64,000 nt of DNA from Candidatus Bathyarchaeota archaeon (GTDB lineage Archaea > Thermoproteota > Bathyarchaeia > Bathyarchaeales > Bathycorpusculaceae). The translations under genes and the position numbers were made by a program. The notes beneath the pieces are model-generated. The model made no database searches, had not been told where the DNA came from, and saw only the letters and a list, made by a program, of their open reading frames with translations. Within the stretch, counting starts at the first letter, position 1. Each line of letters starts with the position of its first letter. Shown here piece after piece: positions 1 through 9,870 of the stretch. Where the stretch lies: the NCBI GenBank assembly GCA_029907545.1, contig JARYLR010000003.1, forward strand, positions 23,090 through 87,089. The letters are read 5' to 3'.

Positions 1-261
1 AAGCACAATTACATCGGCGCTTTCTATGTTAGGCTGAGTTTTAACGTCTATCGGAAGGTGCTGAAGAATATGCTTAGAAAGCCTGCTTATTCCCTGCGAA
101 GCACCGATTTCAACTTGAACATCAGGAACAAGTTGTCTGAGCATGCCTGCAAAACCGTAGGCTGAACATATAGCGTCTGGATCAGCGTTATGGTGGCATA
201 AGAGCGTAACCACCTTAGGTTTCAATTCCTCAAATAGAGTGATTACTTGCGCGACTGGCAT
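1..261 (-). CDS. DHH-family phosphoesterase, N-terminal part (gene runs off the left edge)
   Basis: Own minus-strand translation from ATG (261-259): MPVAQVITLFEELKPKVVTLLCHHNADPDAICSAYGFAGMLRQLVPDVQVEIGASQ..., open to position 1. HHNADPDAI matches the DHH-family N-terminal metal-binding motifs. Absent from the ORF track because it is truncated. Overlaps the stop of the upstream gene by 19 nt. Confidence 0.6.
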   Translation of the reverse strand, partial: MPVAQVITLFEELKPKVVTLLCHHNADPDAICSAYGFAGMLRQLVPDVQVEIGASQGISRLSKHILQHLPIDVKTQPNIESADVIVL

Positions 262-557
262 GCCAGTTCCCTCAAATGGTTTTCAGCCGACGCGAAGGCT
301 CTAGCTACGGCGTCTTCAGCAAGCTTTTTTGCATCACAAGTTTTAAAGGATGGCGAGAACTGCAGATCCACATCCACTGTTAGTCGGACAGGCATTGTCT
401 GATCAACTTCTGCCACAACATCCAATTTCTCGATAAGCTTCAGAGGAACTTTCAACTGAATATGCTTTCGTGCAGCTTCTTCAGCAATCAAGCATAGCTC
501 TTCAATCTGTTCGCTCGATAATTCAGGAATTCCGAACTCTTGCAAGGTTTTCACCAA
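243..557 (-). CDS. small conserved archaeal protein, DUF3194-like
   Basis: 104-aa ORF directly downstream of prefoldin beta. The pattern LSSEQIEELCLIAEEAARKHI...LTVDVDL...AEDAVARAF resembles the small archaeal DUF3194 family as I remember it. The family name is tentative. Confidence 0.5.
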   Translation of the reverse strand: MVKTLQEFGIPELSSEQIEELCLIAEEAARKHIQLKVPLKLIEKLDVVAEVDQTMPVRLTVDVDLQFSPSFKTCDAKKLAEDAVARAFASAENHLRELACQSRK

Positions 558-566
558 GCCCAGCTT

Positions 567-938
567 TTAGGGCTGTGGCTGCGAAACTGGGCTTAGGTCT
601 TGCTGAAGTTTTGATTGTATCTCCTTTAGCTGGGTGCGTACCCGCTCTTCCTGTTTACCGATAACTGTTGCCCGCGTGCCGAGCAGTTCCTTGCGCTCGT
701 TCAACTCGGCAGTGACTTTTCCTTTTTCCGACTTTATCATAAGCGACCCTGTTGTCTTGTATATCACTGCTTCTTCACCCAGCTTCTGCAGTTCAGCCAA
801 AGCCTGCTCAATCTGAGTAAGCTCCAGCTCTACTTGCTGTTTCTGCGCCATAATCGACTGAAGAGACTGTTGAAGCTGCTGAAATCTGAGCAGACGTTCT
901 TGAACTTGAGGAGGAAGTTGCGAAATATCTTCACTCAC
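567..938 (-). CDS. pfdB: prefoldin subunit beta
   Basis: 123 aa with two long heptad coiled-coil arms (QQLQQSLQSIMAQKQQVELEL... and ...RVRTQLKEIQSKLQQ) flanking a central beta-hairpin segment (AVIYKTTGSLMIKSEK). Length and layout are typical of prefoldin beta. Confidence 0.85.
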   Translation of the reverse strand: MSEDISQLPPQVQERLLRFQQLQQSLQSIMAQKQQVELELTQIEQALAELQKLGEEAVIYKTTGSLMIKSEKGKVTAELNERKELLGTRATVIGKQEERVRTQLKEIQSKLQQDLSPVSQPQP

Positions 939-1067
939 GTGTTATCCATCCGCACAGCAACTAGTCCAAGCCCTTAATTAAGCATTCCCCAAGGCAATAT
1001 ATTATGCAAAATCAAATCAGCATCCACGCGAGCAAAGAATAGCAGTTACGCTTCTTTTTCAGCCAAC

Positions 1068-2516
1068 CTAATAGGATGCCTGCCATTTTTCCTGAAGGAA
1101 TTTCGGTATATCTGACGAGTCTCTCGGTCCAACGATAACCTGCCAGCCGCTCAGCTCCTCGATTTCGCCACTCAAACGAGCAGACTTACCAGGGATTATG
1201 AGCTTCCTGTGTTTAACCTTGTTTCCGACGCCTGAGGCTTCTATGGCGTCAGCGACTTTTTCAGCTGTGAGTTTTCGACCTGCAACAGCGCTGTCTACCG
1301 CGATTCCTTCAGTGTCCACAACGAGAAGGTAGGCGTTTACTTTGGCGTTTTCTATATCAGAGGCCACAGTATAGTATGTCAAGGCAAAGTTTGTCGTAAA
1401 CATTACAGGGGCGTCTTCGCCAGGTGTACCGAACACTTTCAGTCCAGGCTCAACGGCTACTGGCTTGCGTGGATCTGTGTAGATGTTTTGGCGTAGGACA
1501 ACTGGAGGCAGAAGCGCCCAGCCATCAGCATTATGAATGATTAGTATGTCTGCAAAACGCACGATTAACATCGCTGCCAAGTATGCTTCTTTCCACTTGG
1601 CAAGCTCTTCGGGAGCGTCGCCTTTCTCAATCCAAGCCGTCATAGGCACACCCGTGATTGGGAACCCTAGAAGCTCGTCACCTTGTTTTATGGCACTGCG
1701 GCGTATCATCGCAAAGTTGTTAAGCATGTCAGCCACTCCGTCGCCTGCAAATGTTCCCGGATCAAGCACAAGGTTCTCAACGCCGTAGGTTAACAGGGTC
1801 TTGGCAAGCGACCTCAGCAGTTTCAGGTTGTTAGGCGCAAAAACTGTTAATGGACAGTTGTACATCAAGGCAAGTTCAGCCATCTCTTTCCAGTTGCTTT
1901 CTGTCGCCGCATACAGGAGAGGTTTAGACTTGGGCGCCGCCATCAACCCCGCTTCCAGAACATTTGGATTTAGAGAGCACAGGATTAGCGGTAGCTTTGT
2001 GCTTTCTGCTACTTTTTTCACAGCGGCTTTAAACTTGTCTGGATCATTTGATGTTGAGCGAACAGCTATCATGTTCAGTTTGAGTGTTTGCCCGATATAT
2101 TCGAAACTGAACCCTTCCGTCTTCCTTACTCTGGTAAGCATCTCTTCTTCAGCCATCTCGTCGGTGACGTCTATGGCGATTGCAGTGGGGTTGAAGTAGG
2201 CGAATTCATGGCGGTACATGACAAGCTTCCCGCCTATCTTCACGGCTTTATCTCCTTCGCCAATAGTGACTTCTTTCACCGGTGGCTTCAGCATGTCCTT
2301 TAGCTGGCTGTAGGCCTTCGCGTTTTCTTTTTTCAACAGCGGTGCACACTGTTCTACGGCTAGTTCGCGGTTCACAAGTTTTGTGGCAAAGGCCATGCAG
2401 TTCTCTTCGCCGCATTCTTTGCAATTAGTCTTAGGAAGAAGCTTGTAAACATCTATGGGGCTTAGCTCCTTTATACCCACCTTGCCTTTAACTTCTCTCT
2501 CACTCACGTCTTTCAC
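1068..2516 (-). CDS. cdhE: acetyl-CoA decarbonylase/synthase complex subunit gamma (corrinoid Fe-S protein large subunit)
   Basis: 482 aa. N-terminal 4Fe-4S motif CKECGEENCMAFATKL...QCAP is typical of CdhE/AcsC. It is the last gene of the cdhABCDE string. Confidence 0.9.
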   Translation of the reverse strand: MKDVSEREVKGKVGIKELSPIDVYKLLPKTNCKECGEENCMAFATKLVNRELAVEQCAPLLKKENAKAYSQLKDMLKPPVKEVTIGEGDKAVKIGGKLVMYRHEFAYFNPTAIAIDVTDEMAEEEMLTRVRKTEGFSFEYIGQTLKLNMIAVRSTSNDPDKFKAAVKKVAESTKLPLILCSLNPNVLEAGLMAAPKSKPLLYAATESNWKEMAELALMYNCPLTVFAPNNLKLLRSLAKTLLTYGVENLVLDPGTFAGDGVADMLNNFAMIRRSAIKQGDELLGFPITGVPMTAWIEKGDAPEELAKWKEAYLAAMLIVRFADILIIHNADGWALLPPVVLRQNIYTDPRKPVAVEPGLKVFGTPGEDAPVMFTTNFALTYYTVASDIENAKVNAYLLVVDTEGIAVDSAVAGRKLTAEKVADAIEASGVGNKVKHRKLIIPGKSARLSGEIEELSGWQVIVGPRDSSDIPKFLQEKWQASY

Positions 2517-2525
2517 TTCCCGAAT

Positions 2526-3752
2526 CTAGATTTTTGCCGAAACCCATTCCACAAGCTTGCCCGCGTTACCAGAACTTCGGCTCAACAACTGCTGCGTAAC
2601 ATCTTTCAGCGTTTTTACAGCGGCTGGATGCATCATCATGAACAGATCTACGCCCGCAAGCAAAAGGGTCAAAGCGGTTGTTACTTCCCAAAGTGGTCCT
2701 CGTAGCTCTCGTGGCTCCCATTCCGGAGTCATCTCCAGCCAAGCTTCTCTTGCCGCCCAAGCATTAGTTGTTCCAGAAGACATGGGATGCGCCAGCTCTG
2801 GGTCACCCATCAACGCTGCAAGTCTGGCTCTCTCCATGTTCGTGAAGGCATAGTCGAGACCGTAACCAAGCGCAGCCGTCGTCAGATCCATAACAATATT
2901 TTCTTTTGGCAGAAAATCGTAAAGCCGACGGTTAAGTTCTCTTGCCATGTTAAGATCCATAGGCGTGAAAGAAAGCGCCACATGCCCATGCTTCTTGACA
3001 AAGCCAGCGCAGCGCTCAACATCCATGTCTCTAGTTATGGAACTTATCAGAAACCTCTCGCCAGCAAAAGTCTCAGCAATCTCCTCGAAAACAGCAGTAT
3101 CCTTAACAGGGTCTCCGCAGCCTCCGATAACCAGGGGAACGTCAACCGCTTGGGCAACTCTCTCAACTGTTTTAACTGCTTCCTTTGGAGAAGTATTCTT
3201 GACAAGGGGGTCTATCGTTATCAAGTGTACTGTCAGAAGGTCGGCACCGAACTTTTCAACTGCAAGTTTCGCCCAAGCCGCAGGGTCATCCAACACGTCC
3301 TTCACATGCATCTTAACAGCTTTCGCCAAAGGAACTTTCATGTCAAAAACGTCCACGGAAATCACCGGAGGATGTGGCATTGGTTTCTCAAAGCTGTAGA
3401 ACGCTGGTGCAGCCTCACCGCCTATAACGTATGTTTTCCCGCGCGATCCACCCTCGCTCTTTGTGGCGCCCAACTTGACCTCAGCAACTCTGCCAAGATA
3501 GGTTTCGATTGGAGGAATAAAATCAGCTTCAAGTAACCCTGTTGGCTTAACCTTCAGGGGCACAGTCGATTTAGGTCTCACCACTGCAGGCGCACTGATG
3601 GCGCCTGGCTGTATCCATATCTCCAGATCGCCCACATTCATTTCGAAATCTTCGAGCTCGACTTCTTGAAGCTTTGCCAGAAGTTCAAGCAGGTTTGGGC
3701 TTAGTTTTAGTCCTATGGCTTCGTTTTTCTCATTTTTTGGCAACGCCTTCAC
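2526..3752 (-). CDS. cdhD: acetyl-CoA decarbonylase/synthase complex subunit delta (corrinoid Fe-S protein small subunit)
   Basis: 408 aa, lies between cdhC and cdhE. The TIM-barrel-like CdhD/AcsD pattern (VPLVIGGCGDP, LISSIT) is present. Its start overlaps the cdhC stop by 23 nt. Confidence 0.88.
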   Translation of the reverse strand: MKALPKNEKNEAIGLKLSPNLLELLAKLQEVELEDFEMNVGDLEIWIQPGAISAPAVVRPKSTVPLKVKPTGLLEADFIPPIETYLGRVAEVKLGATKSEGGSRGKTYVIGGEAAPAFYSFEKPMPHPPVISVDVFDMKVPLAKAVKMHVKDVLDDPAAWAKLAVEKFGADLLTVHLITIDPLVKNTSPKEAVKTVERVAQAVDVPLVIGGCGDPVKDTAVFEEIAETFAGERFLISSITRDMDVERCAGFVKKHGHVALSFTPMDLNMARELNRRLYDFLPKENIVMDLTTAALGYGLDYAFTNMERARLAALMGDPELAHPMSSGTTNAWAAREAWLEMTPEWEPRELRGPLWEVTTALTLLLAGVDLFMMMHPAAVKTLKDVTQQLLSRSSGNAGKLVEWVSAKI

Positions 3753-5154
3753 CTTTTCTCGTTTTTTCGCTCTTCTCCGACCGGATGATAACTCTCTTGG
3801 CGTATATCTTGGCGTCTTTGAGAATTATTTTGAAGCCGCCTGCCGAAATTGGTAGAGTTGATGCCGTAGCTACAGGAATAAGAGGGGCTTCTTCGCCTTC
3901 CGCAGGAGCGGCCTCTTCAGCGGCTACTGCTTCTTCCTTCCAGCTTGAAACAACTGGGTGCCCGCGCTCTTTCAGAAATGTTTTTAGCTCGTCAATTGTT
4001 TTGGCCTGATCTTCTGTGGCGATCTTGTCCACAAGCTCCGGTGGAATGAAGCTCTTTACTCTTTCTTTTACTTCTTTGGGCAGCCAAACGACGCGTTTCC
4101 ATCCGTTATCTGCTTGCAGGAACTTCGGGGAGCGCATGTACTCGATGGATACGCCGTGGAAGCCGTCTATTTGGCGTCCGCCAGCAGTTGAGTCTGCGAG
4201 AGTTGAGAAGGGCAATCCATTTACTGCCGTATCCTTGTATCCTCTGTGCAAGATGCCGAAGCCGTCAACCTCTGGAATGAAGAAAGCGACTCCTTCGAAA
4301 CAGCCGCAGGAAGTATGGGGGTAGCCGAAGGCTGTGTAAAGCCAGACTTTTGTAATCTCTCCTAGAGATTTTTTCTTAACAGCCTCATTTACTCCTGAAA
4401 ATTCTCCTTTCTCAGGATCAACTAGCTCGCCTTTCTCAATGGTGAAAACCGGCCCTTTGGGATCCACGCTTGCTGCCGCTCTTCCATCGAACCAGCTTAT
4501 GGCGCCACAGTTGGAGTATCTTTGAGGAGTGATCACGCAGACATGTGTCGGCGCAAAAGACTGACACAGCACGCATCCATAAAACTTGTCAACCTCCTCG
4601 TCCTTCAAGCCTCTGGCTTTGGCGTCTCTAGCTTCATAGATTCCTAGGGCTTCATCGTAAAGCGGTTTCACTTTTTCGGGATCCGTGATAAAGGTTACCT
4701 GCATCTTTTCAATGATCGGCAGTTCGCTTTTAAAAAGTCTCTGCAGAACCTTGCCTATGTATTCGAAGGAGTTCAAGCCTTTCTGGAAAGATTTCTTGCT
4801 CAGTCTGAGCCAGATGTCGTACCGCTGGTTCAGATGCATGAAACCCTCGATGAAGTTGCAGTAGGCGTGGATGCGTCTCTCGATCACACCCTCAAGTTCT
4901 GGTTCAAGCTTGGCGCCAGCAACTTCGATCAGCAAGCCGAATGGGCAGCTTTTTTCCACCTCCATGTCCTTAATGTCGGAACCGATAATGGTGGTTTTGC
5001 CATCTTCGATTTCTTCAGGCTTTTTGACTCTGGCCAGCTCGAATTTTTCTTTTACGTCTGGTCCTCCTAGCTCTATGTGCATGTCTTTTCTGCGGATTCT
5101 TTCGCCTTCGTAGATTACGCCTACTTCTACGGGTATGTCTTCAAACATTGACAT
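3730..5154 (-). CDS. cdhC: acetyl-CoA decarbonylase/synthase complex subunit beta (acetyl-CoA synthase, A-cluster)
   Basis: 474 aa. It carries CVLCQSFAPTHVCVITPQR and the Cys-Gly-Cys A-cluster ligand motif (HTSCGCFEG). An Ala/Glu-rich linker and a basic C-terminal tail match archaeal CdhC. Confidence 0.92.
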   Translation of the reverse strand: MSMFEDIPVEVGVIYEGERIRRKDMHIELGGPDVKEKFELARVKKPEEIEDGKTTIIGSDIKDMEVEKSCPFGLLIEVAGAKLEPELEGVIERRIHAYCNFIEGFMHLNQRYDIWLRLSKKSFQKGLNSFEYIGKVLQRLFKSELPIIEKMQVTFITDPEKVKPLYDEALGIYEARDAKARGLKDEEVDKFYGCVLCQSFAPTHVCVITPQRYSNCGAISWFDGRAAASVDPKGPVFTIEKGELVDPEKGEFSGVNEAVKKKSLGEITKVWLYTAFGYPHTSCGCFEGVAFFIPEVDGFGILHRGYKDTAVNGLPFSTLADSTAGGRQIDGFHGVSIEYMRSPKFLQADNGWKRVVWLPKEVKERVKSFIPPELVDKIATEDQAKTIDELKTFLKERGHPVVSSWKEEAVAAEEAAPAEGEEAPLIPVATASTLPISAGGFKIILKDAKIYAKRVIIRSEKSEKTRKGEGVAKK

Positions 5155-5701
5155 CTTTTCTTTCCTCTCCTAGTTTAGCCAATATTGTTTCAAGGTTTTC
5201 CTTCCAGTCTTTGACTGAAAGGTTTGGAAATGACCATGATGCGTGCGGATTGTAGAACCTGTCTAGGCTTATGGTTTTTAGATTTGCCGAAAAATGCTTG
5301 AGTCCTGACAGGATCACAAACTCCATGTAATACGGGAGACCCATAAATAATGCTAGATCGTAGGACCCGGCACCGTCTAGACCTTTCCACTCCGGATCAG
5401 CTAGCCGGCTACCTATGTCCATTGCTGACATGCTTGTTGCCTGGAAACCTCTTTTTATGAACTCGCTTACCGCGTGTGCTGTTGCCACCACAGGAATGTT
5501 TGCAGCTTTGCCTATGCGTATGACGTACTCAATCATTCTAACGCTTTTAGAATAATCCTCAGCCGCCAGATGCCCGGCCACAAGTATGGGGCGTTTCGCC
5601 TTCTTGACCATCGCACCGACCACTTCAGGCTTCAAAATCAGAAGCGCCTTCTTCGGTCCAGCTATTTCAGCTCTTTGCCAAGGTTCTTCTTTTGCGCTCA
5701 T
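5141..5701 (-). CDS. cdhB: acetyl-CoA decarbonylase/synthase complex subunit epsilon
   Basis: 186 aa between cdhA and cdhC. Size and position fit CdhB. Overlaps the cdhC start by 14 nt. Confidence 0.85.
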   Translation of the reverse strand: MSAKEEPWQRAEIAGPKKALLILKPEVVGAMVKKAKRPILVAGHLAAEDYSKSVRMIEYVIRIGKAANIPVVATAHAVSEFIKRGFQATSMSAMDIGSRLADPEWKGLDGAGSYDLALFMGLPYYMEFVILSGLKHFSANLKTISLDRFYNPHASWSFPNLSVKDWKENLETILAKLGEERKDVNV

Positions 5702-5706
5702 ATGTC

Positions 5707-8067
5707 TTATCCCTTCCTTTCTCTGACAAGCCTAGGCAGCAATGTTGGATCTGGGATTCTCTGCTCCTGCCAGCCTTTTTCCTCAAGCACCTTGACTATT
5801 TCATCTTTCATCGTTATAGGTATGTCAGTATTGTTCCGAACGAAAAGGTGAATATCATTTGGCAGGCTACCGAAGAGTCGCCGATGCAAATCAACGTAAT
5901 GAGTTAACTTTATTGCACGACCTTTAGATGTATCATTAGGCCTCATGCACATCTTTGCCAAAAGCACAATTGCCTCTTCCTTAGTTTCGGCCGCTGTGAA
6001 CAAGTGTTCGGGGGCAGGGCCTACATACACTTTATCGCCCGTCCGCGCGTCGAGAACACACCAGTCCTCTGGCTTGTCCTGTCTACCTAACAACATACGC
6101 CTATATTTAGAACCATGCGGCCCTACGACTACTGGCACGCCTAACCTCCAAAAGCCCGAGGCTATTGCGGCCGCCTTCTGAGAGTAGGCGCCCCAAGCAA
6201 GTCCCACAGCGCCGACCCGATTGTGGATGTAGTCAGCAATCTCCTCATAGTTTGCACGCAGTTTTCTCTTTGCAAAAATGTTAGCTATTTTTATTGCTGC
6301 ACCCGCTATATGCGCGTTGGACACGCATGAACCGACATTGACGATGCCGCCAGCATCAAATGCTCCAGTATACTTCTCGTAGAGGGTCTTTCCTTCTTCG
6401 TCCTTAACCATAGCCATGGACATGGCGGCGCATCCTGAGGTGACTACTATAAATCGGCGTTTAGCAAACTCTTCAGCTATTTCTGCAACTTCTTTGCCGC
6501 CTTGAGGATAGTTAGAGCATCCTACGATGGCTATGACGCCTGGAATTTCGCCTAGGACTATGGGTTGCCCAACGTTTCTTATTTCAACGTCTTGAATTGC
6601 CCCTCGGCCCACGCGCATTTTGAATTTCTCTTTACACAGTTTCTCTTCCCCAGCTTTTACAATAAAACTGTGCAGCGGAAAATCATTAGGACAAGCACTG
6701 TCGCAGCGGGCACAGCCAACGCAGCTTTCAAGTATCTCAGCCAGCGGGTTAAGGTCGCCTTTGGCTGCGGCTTTCATGGCTTCAGGTATCGGCTTATCGT
6801 TCGGGCAAGCACGTCTGCACTCATTGCATTCAGTGCACTCCTTTGCAGCCTCGACTATTTTCTCTAATTCCGGAATAATTTTGAATCTGCCTCTTTTAGG
6901 AGCAATCTTCATAACTGTTTCCACGGCAACTTCTCCGACTTTGTCGCTGTCGAGAATCAGCACTCCAGGAACCTTGTTTTCAACTAGATCAGCAATTGTC
7001 TTTTCAGAGGGGGTTGCCGTTCTATTCTCAAGTCCCAAACAGTTTTTCTCGCTTGACGCGATAACTGGCGTTTTCACTTTTTGCGCTTCAACAAGCGTAT
7101 CTGCCCGAATGCACTGCTCATCCACAACAATAAGGTCTGCCAGTCCACTTCGTATGTAACGCAGCTGCCACGATATAGGACCGACAATTTTCGCCATGGA
7201 ACTATAACGCGTGATGTCATGTGCCGTGCAGCATATGCCCACAACTTCAACCTTGCCTAACAATCCCTTCTCAGTTAGGTAATCAATGATGCCTACAGAA
7301 GAGGGAACGTTATGACCGATAACAAGTATCGTAGGTTTGGAGACATCAGCTACGCCGAATCCCAAATCTGTCAAAGAAGCCTCAGGATCTGCCTTAGGAA
7401 AACCTAGAACAGATATCTGAGCGATATCGGCGGCTTCCATACCTACCTGGTCGACCATGCCTGCGTGGAAAACTTTGGACTCGAAATCTAGATTGCTGCC
7501 TTCCTGTCCCGTGTGCGTGGATGAGAGCAACTGAGTTACCTGCTCTTCGCAGTAATCAAGCACATCTTCCAAGTCTCTTAGTTTTTCTGGTTTGATGCCG
7601 CAGACCAAGCGGGTTACTGGTGCTTCTATATCTATGTTCAAACCGCCTATGTCAAGCGGGCTGTTACGCCCGTACTTCTCTATCAGATGCTCCACCAAAT
7701 GTCTTCCATGCGCAACGTGCGTGGCGGCTCCAATGCAGCAGGCGAGAAGAACTATCCTTGATTGTTGACCAGCCATGTTCAGTCCGCATGCTCCCCGTTT
7801 GTCCTGTGTAAGATCACATTTGCCGAATGTGCACAAGCAGCATACATCGCAGTAAGGAAGGTAGAAGGGCCTGTAGCGTTGAAGGAGCTTCATGTCCCAG
7901 TCTCTTAAAGCAGTCACTGAGGGAAACGGTGTAGGTCCCGTAGGTTCAGTCCATGTTTCTTCGGCAACTCGTCCAACAGAAAGCTCAAGGTTCTTGAAAA
8001 GCCCGAAATCGCTCTTCAACTCGTCAATCTTTACATGTACGCCTTTTCGAGTCAAATGCAAGTGCAA
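5707..8067 (-). CDS. cdhA: acetyl-CoA decarbonylase/synthase complex subunit alpha (Ni-CODH catalytic subunit)
   Basis: 786 aa. It has N-terminal Cys clusters (CDVCCLCTFGKC...GACG), the archaeal-specific inserted 2x[4Fe-4S] ferredoxin domain (CTECNECRRACPNDKP ... CVGCARCDSACPNDFP) and C-cluster region motifs (GCSNYP, SCVSNAH). Confidence 0.92.
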   Translation of the reverse strand: MHLHLTRKGVHVKIDELKSDFGLFKNLELSVGRVAEETWTEPTGPTPFPSVTALRDWDMKLLQRYRPFYLPYCDVCCLCTFGKCDLTQDKRGACGLNMAGQQSRIVLLACCIGAATHVAHGRHLVEHLIEKYGRNSPLDIGGLNIDIEAPVTRLVCGIKPEKLRDLEDVLDYCEEQVTQLLSSTHTGQEGSNLDFESKVFHAGMVDQVGMEAADIAQISVLGFPKADPEASLTDLGFGVADVSKPTILVIGHNVPSSVGIIDYLTEKGLLGKVEVVGICCTAHDITRYSSMAKIVGPISWQLRYIRSGLADLIVVDEQCIRADTLVEAQKVKTPVIASSEKNCLGLENRTATPSEKTIADLVENKVPGVLILDSDKVGEVAVETVMKIAPKRGRFKIIPELEKIVEAAKECTECNECRRACPNDKPIPEAMKAAAKGDLNPLAEILESCVGCARCDSACPNDFPLHSFIVKAGEEKLCKEKFKMRVGRGAIQDVEIRNVGQPIVLGEIPGVIAIVGCSNYPQGGKEVAEIAEEFAKRRFIVVTSGCAAMSMAMVKDEEGKTLYEKYTGAFDAGGIVNVGSCVSNAHIAGAAIKIANIFAKRKLRANYEEIADYIHNRVGAVGLAWGAYSQKAAAIASGFWRLGVPVVVGPHGSKYRRMLLGRQDKPEDWCVLDARTGDKVYVGPAPEHLFTAAETKEEAIVLLAKMCMRPNDTSKGRAIKLTHYVDLHRRLFGSLPNDIHLFVRNNTDIPITMKDEIVKVLEEKGWQEQRIPDPTLLPRLVRERKG

Positions 8068-8192
8068 CCTCGAAGGTGTAGAACCTAATGAATAGGAGAA
8101 CGTTGCCTTAAAGCTTTCTGGAATATTTTTCCATTACGCATGCTCTACTAATGACTGACGATTTGGGCGGCACTGAAAAAATCCAGCATTAA

Positions 8193-8963
8193 TCACTGTC
8201 GGACGTATCCGGCTTCTTCCATTATTCTTTTGACTGAAAGAAACGCAGGCGATTCCTCAGAAATTTCCAATAGGGATTTTCCAGCTAAAACACTTTTTTC
8301 AACATCTTCGTCACGGGCTATCTTGCCGAGATATCTGAAACGCAGGGATTTCAAGATCTCAGACTCCAAGTGGTCAGGAAACCTAAAACCTCCCACAACG
8401 TAGAAATTTGCAAAGTCTATTTTGACTTCTTTGGCTATACGATGTGCTCTTTCGATGTGATCGAATGATTTTTTAGATGGATCTATCACGTCGAAGATGT
8501 CATCTACCTTCGATGTTATTCTTCGATTTAGATGCTCTAAGCCCGCTGGTGAATCAATAAGTACGTATCGGTAATTCTTAGTCATCGACTCTAACGCTCC
8601 TTTGAGAGCGGCATTTGGCATGCAGTAACATCCTTCAACCCATTTTGTTCCAACTGCCATAAGATCGAAATGTTCACCTTCATACATCCCATAAGTCCAA
8701 ATCCTACTTTCTATACGTTCAGTCGGTGGAATGCCGACCGTGGTTCCGCCTTGTTCTAGAAAAGTTTCAACAAGAAGCTCGGAGATCGTTCTTTTTCCTT
8801 CCTTTCTGAGGTCTATGCCTACCATCTCTGCAAGGTTTTGATCAGGATCAGCGTCCACTAAGAGCAGAGGAGTTGCTTTACTCTCGATGAAGTATTTTGT
8901 CATTAATGCTACGAAACTTGTTTTTCCTGTTCCCCCGCGGCCTATGACTGCAAGCTTTTTCAT
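8193..8963 (-). CDS. cooC: CooC/AcsF-type Ni-insertion accessory ATPase
   Basis: 256 aa. It has the deviant Walker A GRGGTGKTS and the conserved CxC metal motif (EGCYCMPNA) of the CooC/MinD family. Sits immediately upstream of cdhA. Confidence 0.8.
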   Translation of the reverse strand: MKKLAVIGRGGTGKTSFVALMTKYFIESKATPLLLVDADPDQNLAEMVGIDLRKEGKRTISELLVETFLEQGGTTVGIPPTERIESRIWTYGMYEGEHFDLMAVGTKWVEGCYCMPNAALKGALESMTKNYRYVLIDSPAGLEHLNRRITSKVDDIFDVIDPSKKSFDHIERAHRIAKEVKIDFANFYVVGGFRFPDHLESEILKSLRFRYLGKIARDEDVEKSVLAGKSLLEISEESPAFLSVKRIMEEAGYVRQ

Positions 8964-8987
8964 GTTTTCTCTTTCCTGTTAACTTTA

Positions 8988-9767
8988 TTAGGTAAGGTTT
9001 GATGTAAGCTTATCACCGAGGCTTTCTATGACACGAACAGCTTCTGAATTCTTATCTAGCAGAGGGCTTCTACCGTCTATTTCTGCCTCAGCAACCTTCG
9101 GGTCAAAAGGAACAAAATCTAGAATGTTCAGATGATTCCTTTCTGCAAAATGCACCATGACTTCCCGCTGGGCTCTGTTTCCAATCTTGTTGCCAACAAG
9201 AAAAACTTGTTTCATACCTGCTTCTAAGGCTAGATGGTGAATGTGCTTTGCGGTTTCAAGAGCCTTGAGACCAGCATCTGTTACTATTAGCATTTTGTCA
9301 ACTCGCTCTGCGGTGCCTCTACCCATATGCTCGACGCCAGCCTCCATATCAACAATGACCGCAAAACCTTGCTCATCGATAAAATGCCGAAGTAGAGCAC
9401 GGACGACAGCGTTGGCGGGGCAAGTGCAGCCAGCGCCCATTGATTTCACGGTTCCCATTACAATTAGGTTTGGTCCAAGAGGAGTTTTAACGGAATATTG
9501 GCGTATTATATCATCCACGGTGAAGGAAAGGCGAAAAACGCCTGAATAGCCAGTTTTAGTCTTGGACTCTATGAGTTTCGCATTCTCCGAAATAGGTTGA
9601 ATAAGGCGAGTCTCATCAGGAGACATGCCTAAGGTCAAAGCAAGGTTGGGAGAAGGATCAGCGTCAATAGCGATTGTTTTAAACCTTTTTTGCATAAAGA
9701 AAACGGCTAAGCCGCCTGCGATCAAAGTTTTGCCTACTCCGCCTTTGCCGGAAACTGCGATTTTCAA
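8988..9767 (-). CDS. cooC: CooC/AcsF-type Ni-insertion accessory ATPase (second paralogue)
   Basis: 259 aa. It has the Walker A SGKGGVGKT and the CxC motif (GAGCTCPANA). First gene of the cooC-cooC-cdhABCDE string. Confidence 0.8.
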   Translation of the reverse strand: MKIAVSGKGGVGKTLIAGGLAVFFMQKRFKTIAIDADPSPNLALTLGMSPDETRLIQPISENAKLIESKTKTGYSGVFRLSFTVDDIIRQYSVKTPLGPNLIVMGTVKSMGAGCTCPANAVVRALLRHFIDEQGFAVIVDMEAGVEHMGRGTAERVDKMLIVTDAGLKALETAKHIHHLALEAGMKQVFLVGNKIGNRAQREVMVHFAERNHLNILDFVPFDPKVAEAEIDGRSPLLDKNSEAVRVIESLGDKLTSNLT

Positions 9768-9870
9768 TCTTGATCCTCCACATCTAAGCGTTCGTGGCTC
9801 TTAATTTGATAGGGAAATATTGCCATGACAGTAATTATAGTTTCACCCCAGTTCTCAGATTTGAAGCTAC

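Noticed and set aside
1537-8095. Many 60-250-aa ORFs antisense to or out of frame with the cdh genes (for example 2787-3536 +, 6620-7159 +, 1801-2199 +)
   Set aside because: They lie entirely inside long, motif-supported genes on the other strand. Their composition is low-complexity or Ser/Arg-rich, typical of shadow ORFs. The same applies to similar shadow ORFs inside hppA, the P-type ATPase, acs, glyS, argS and others.
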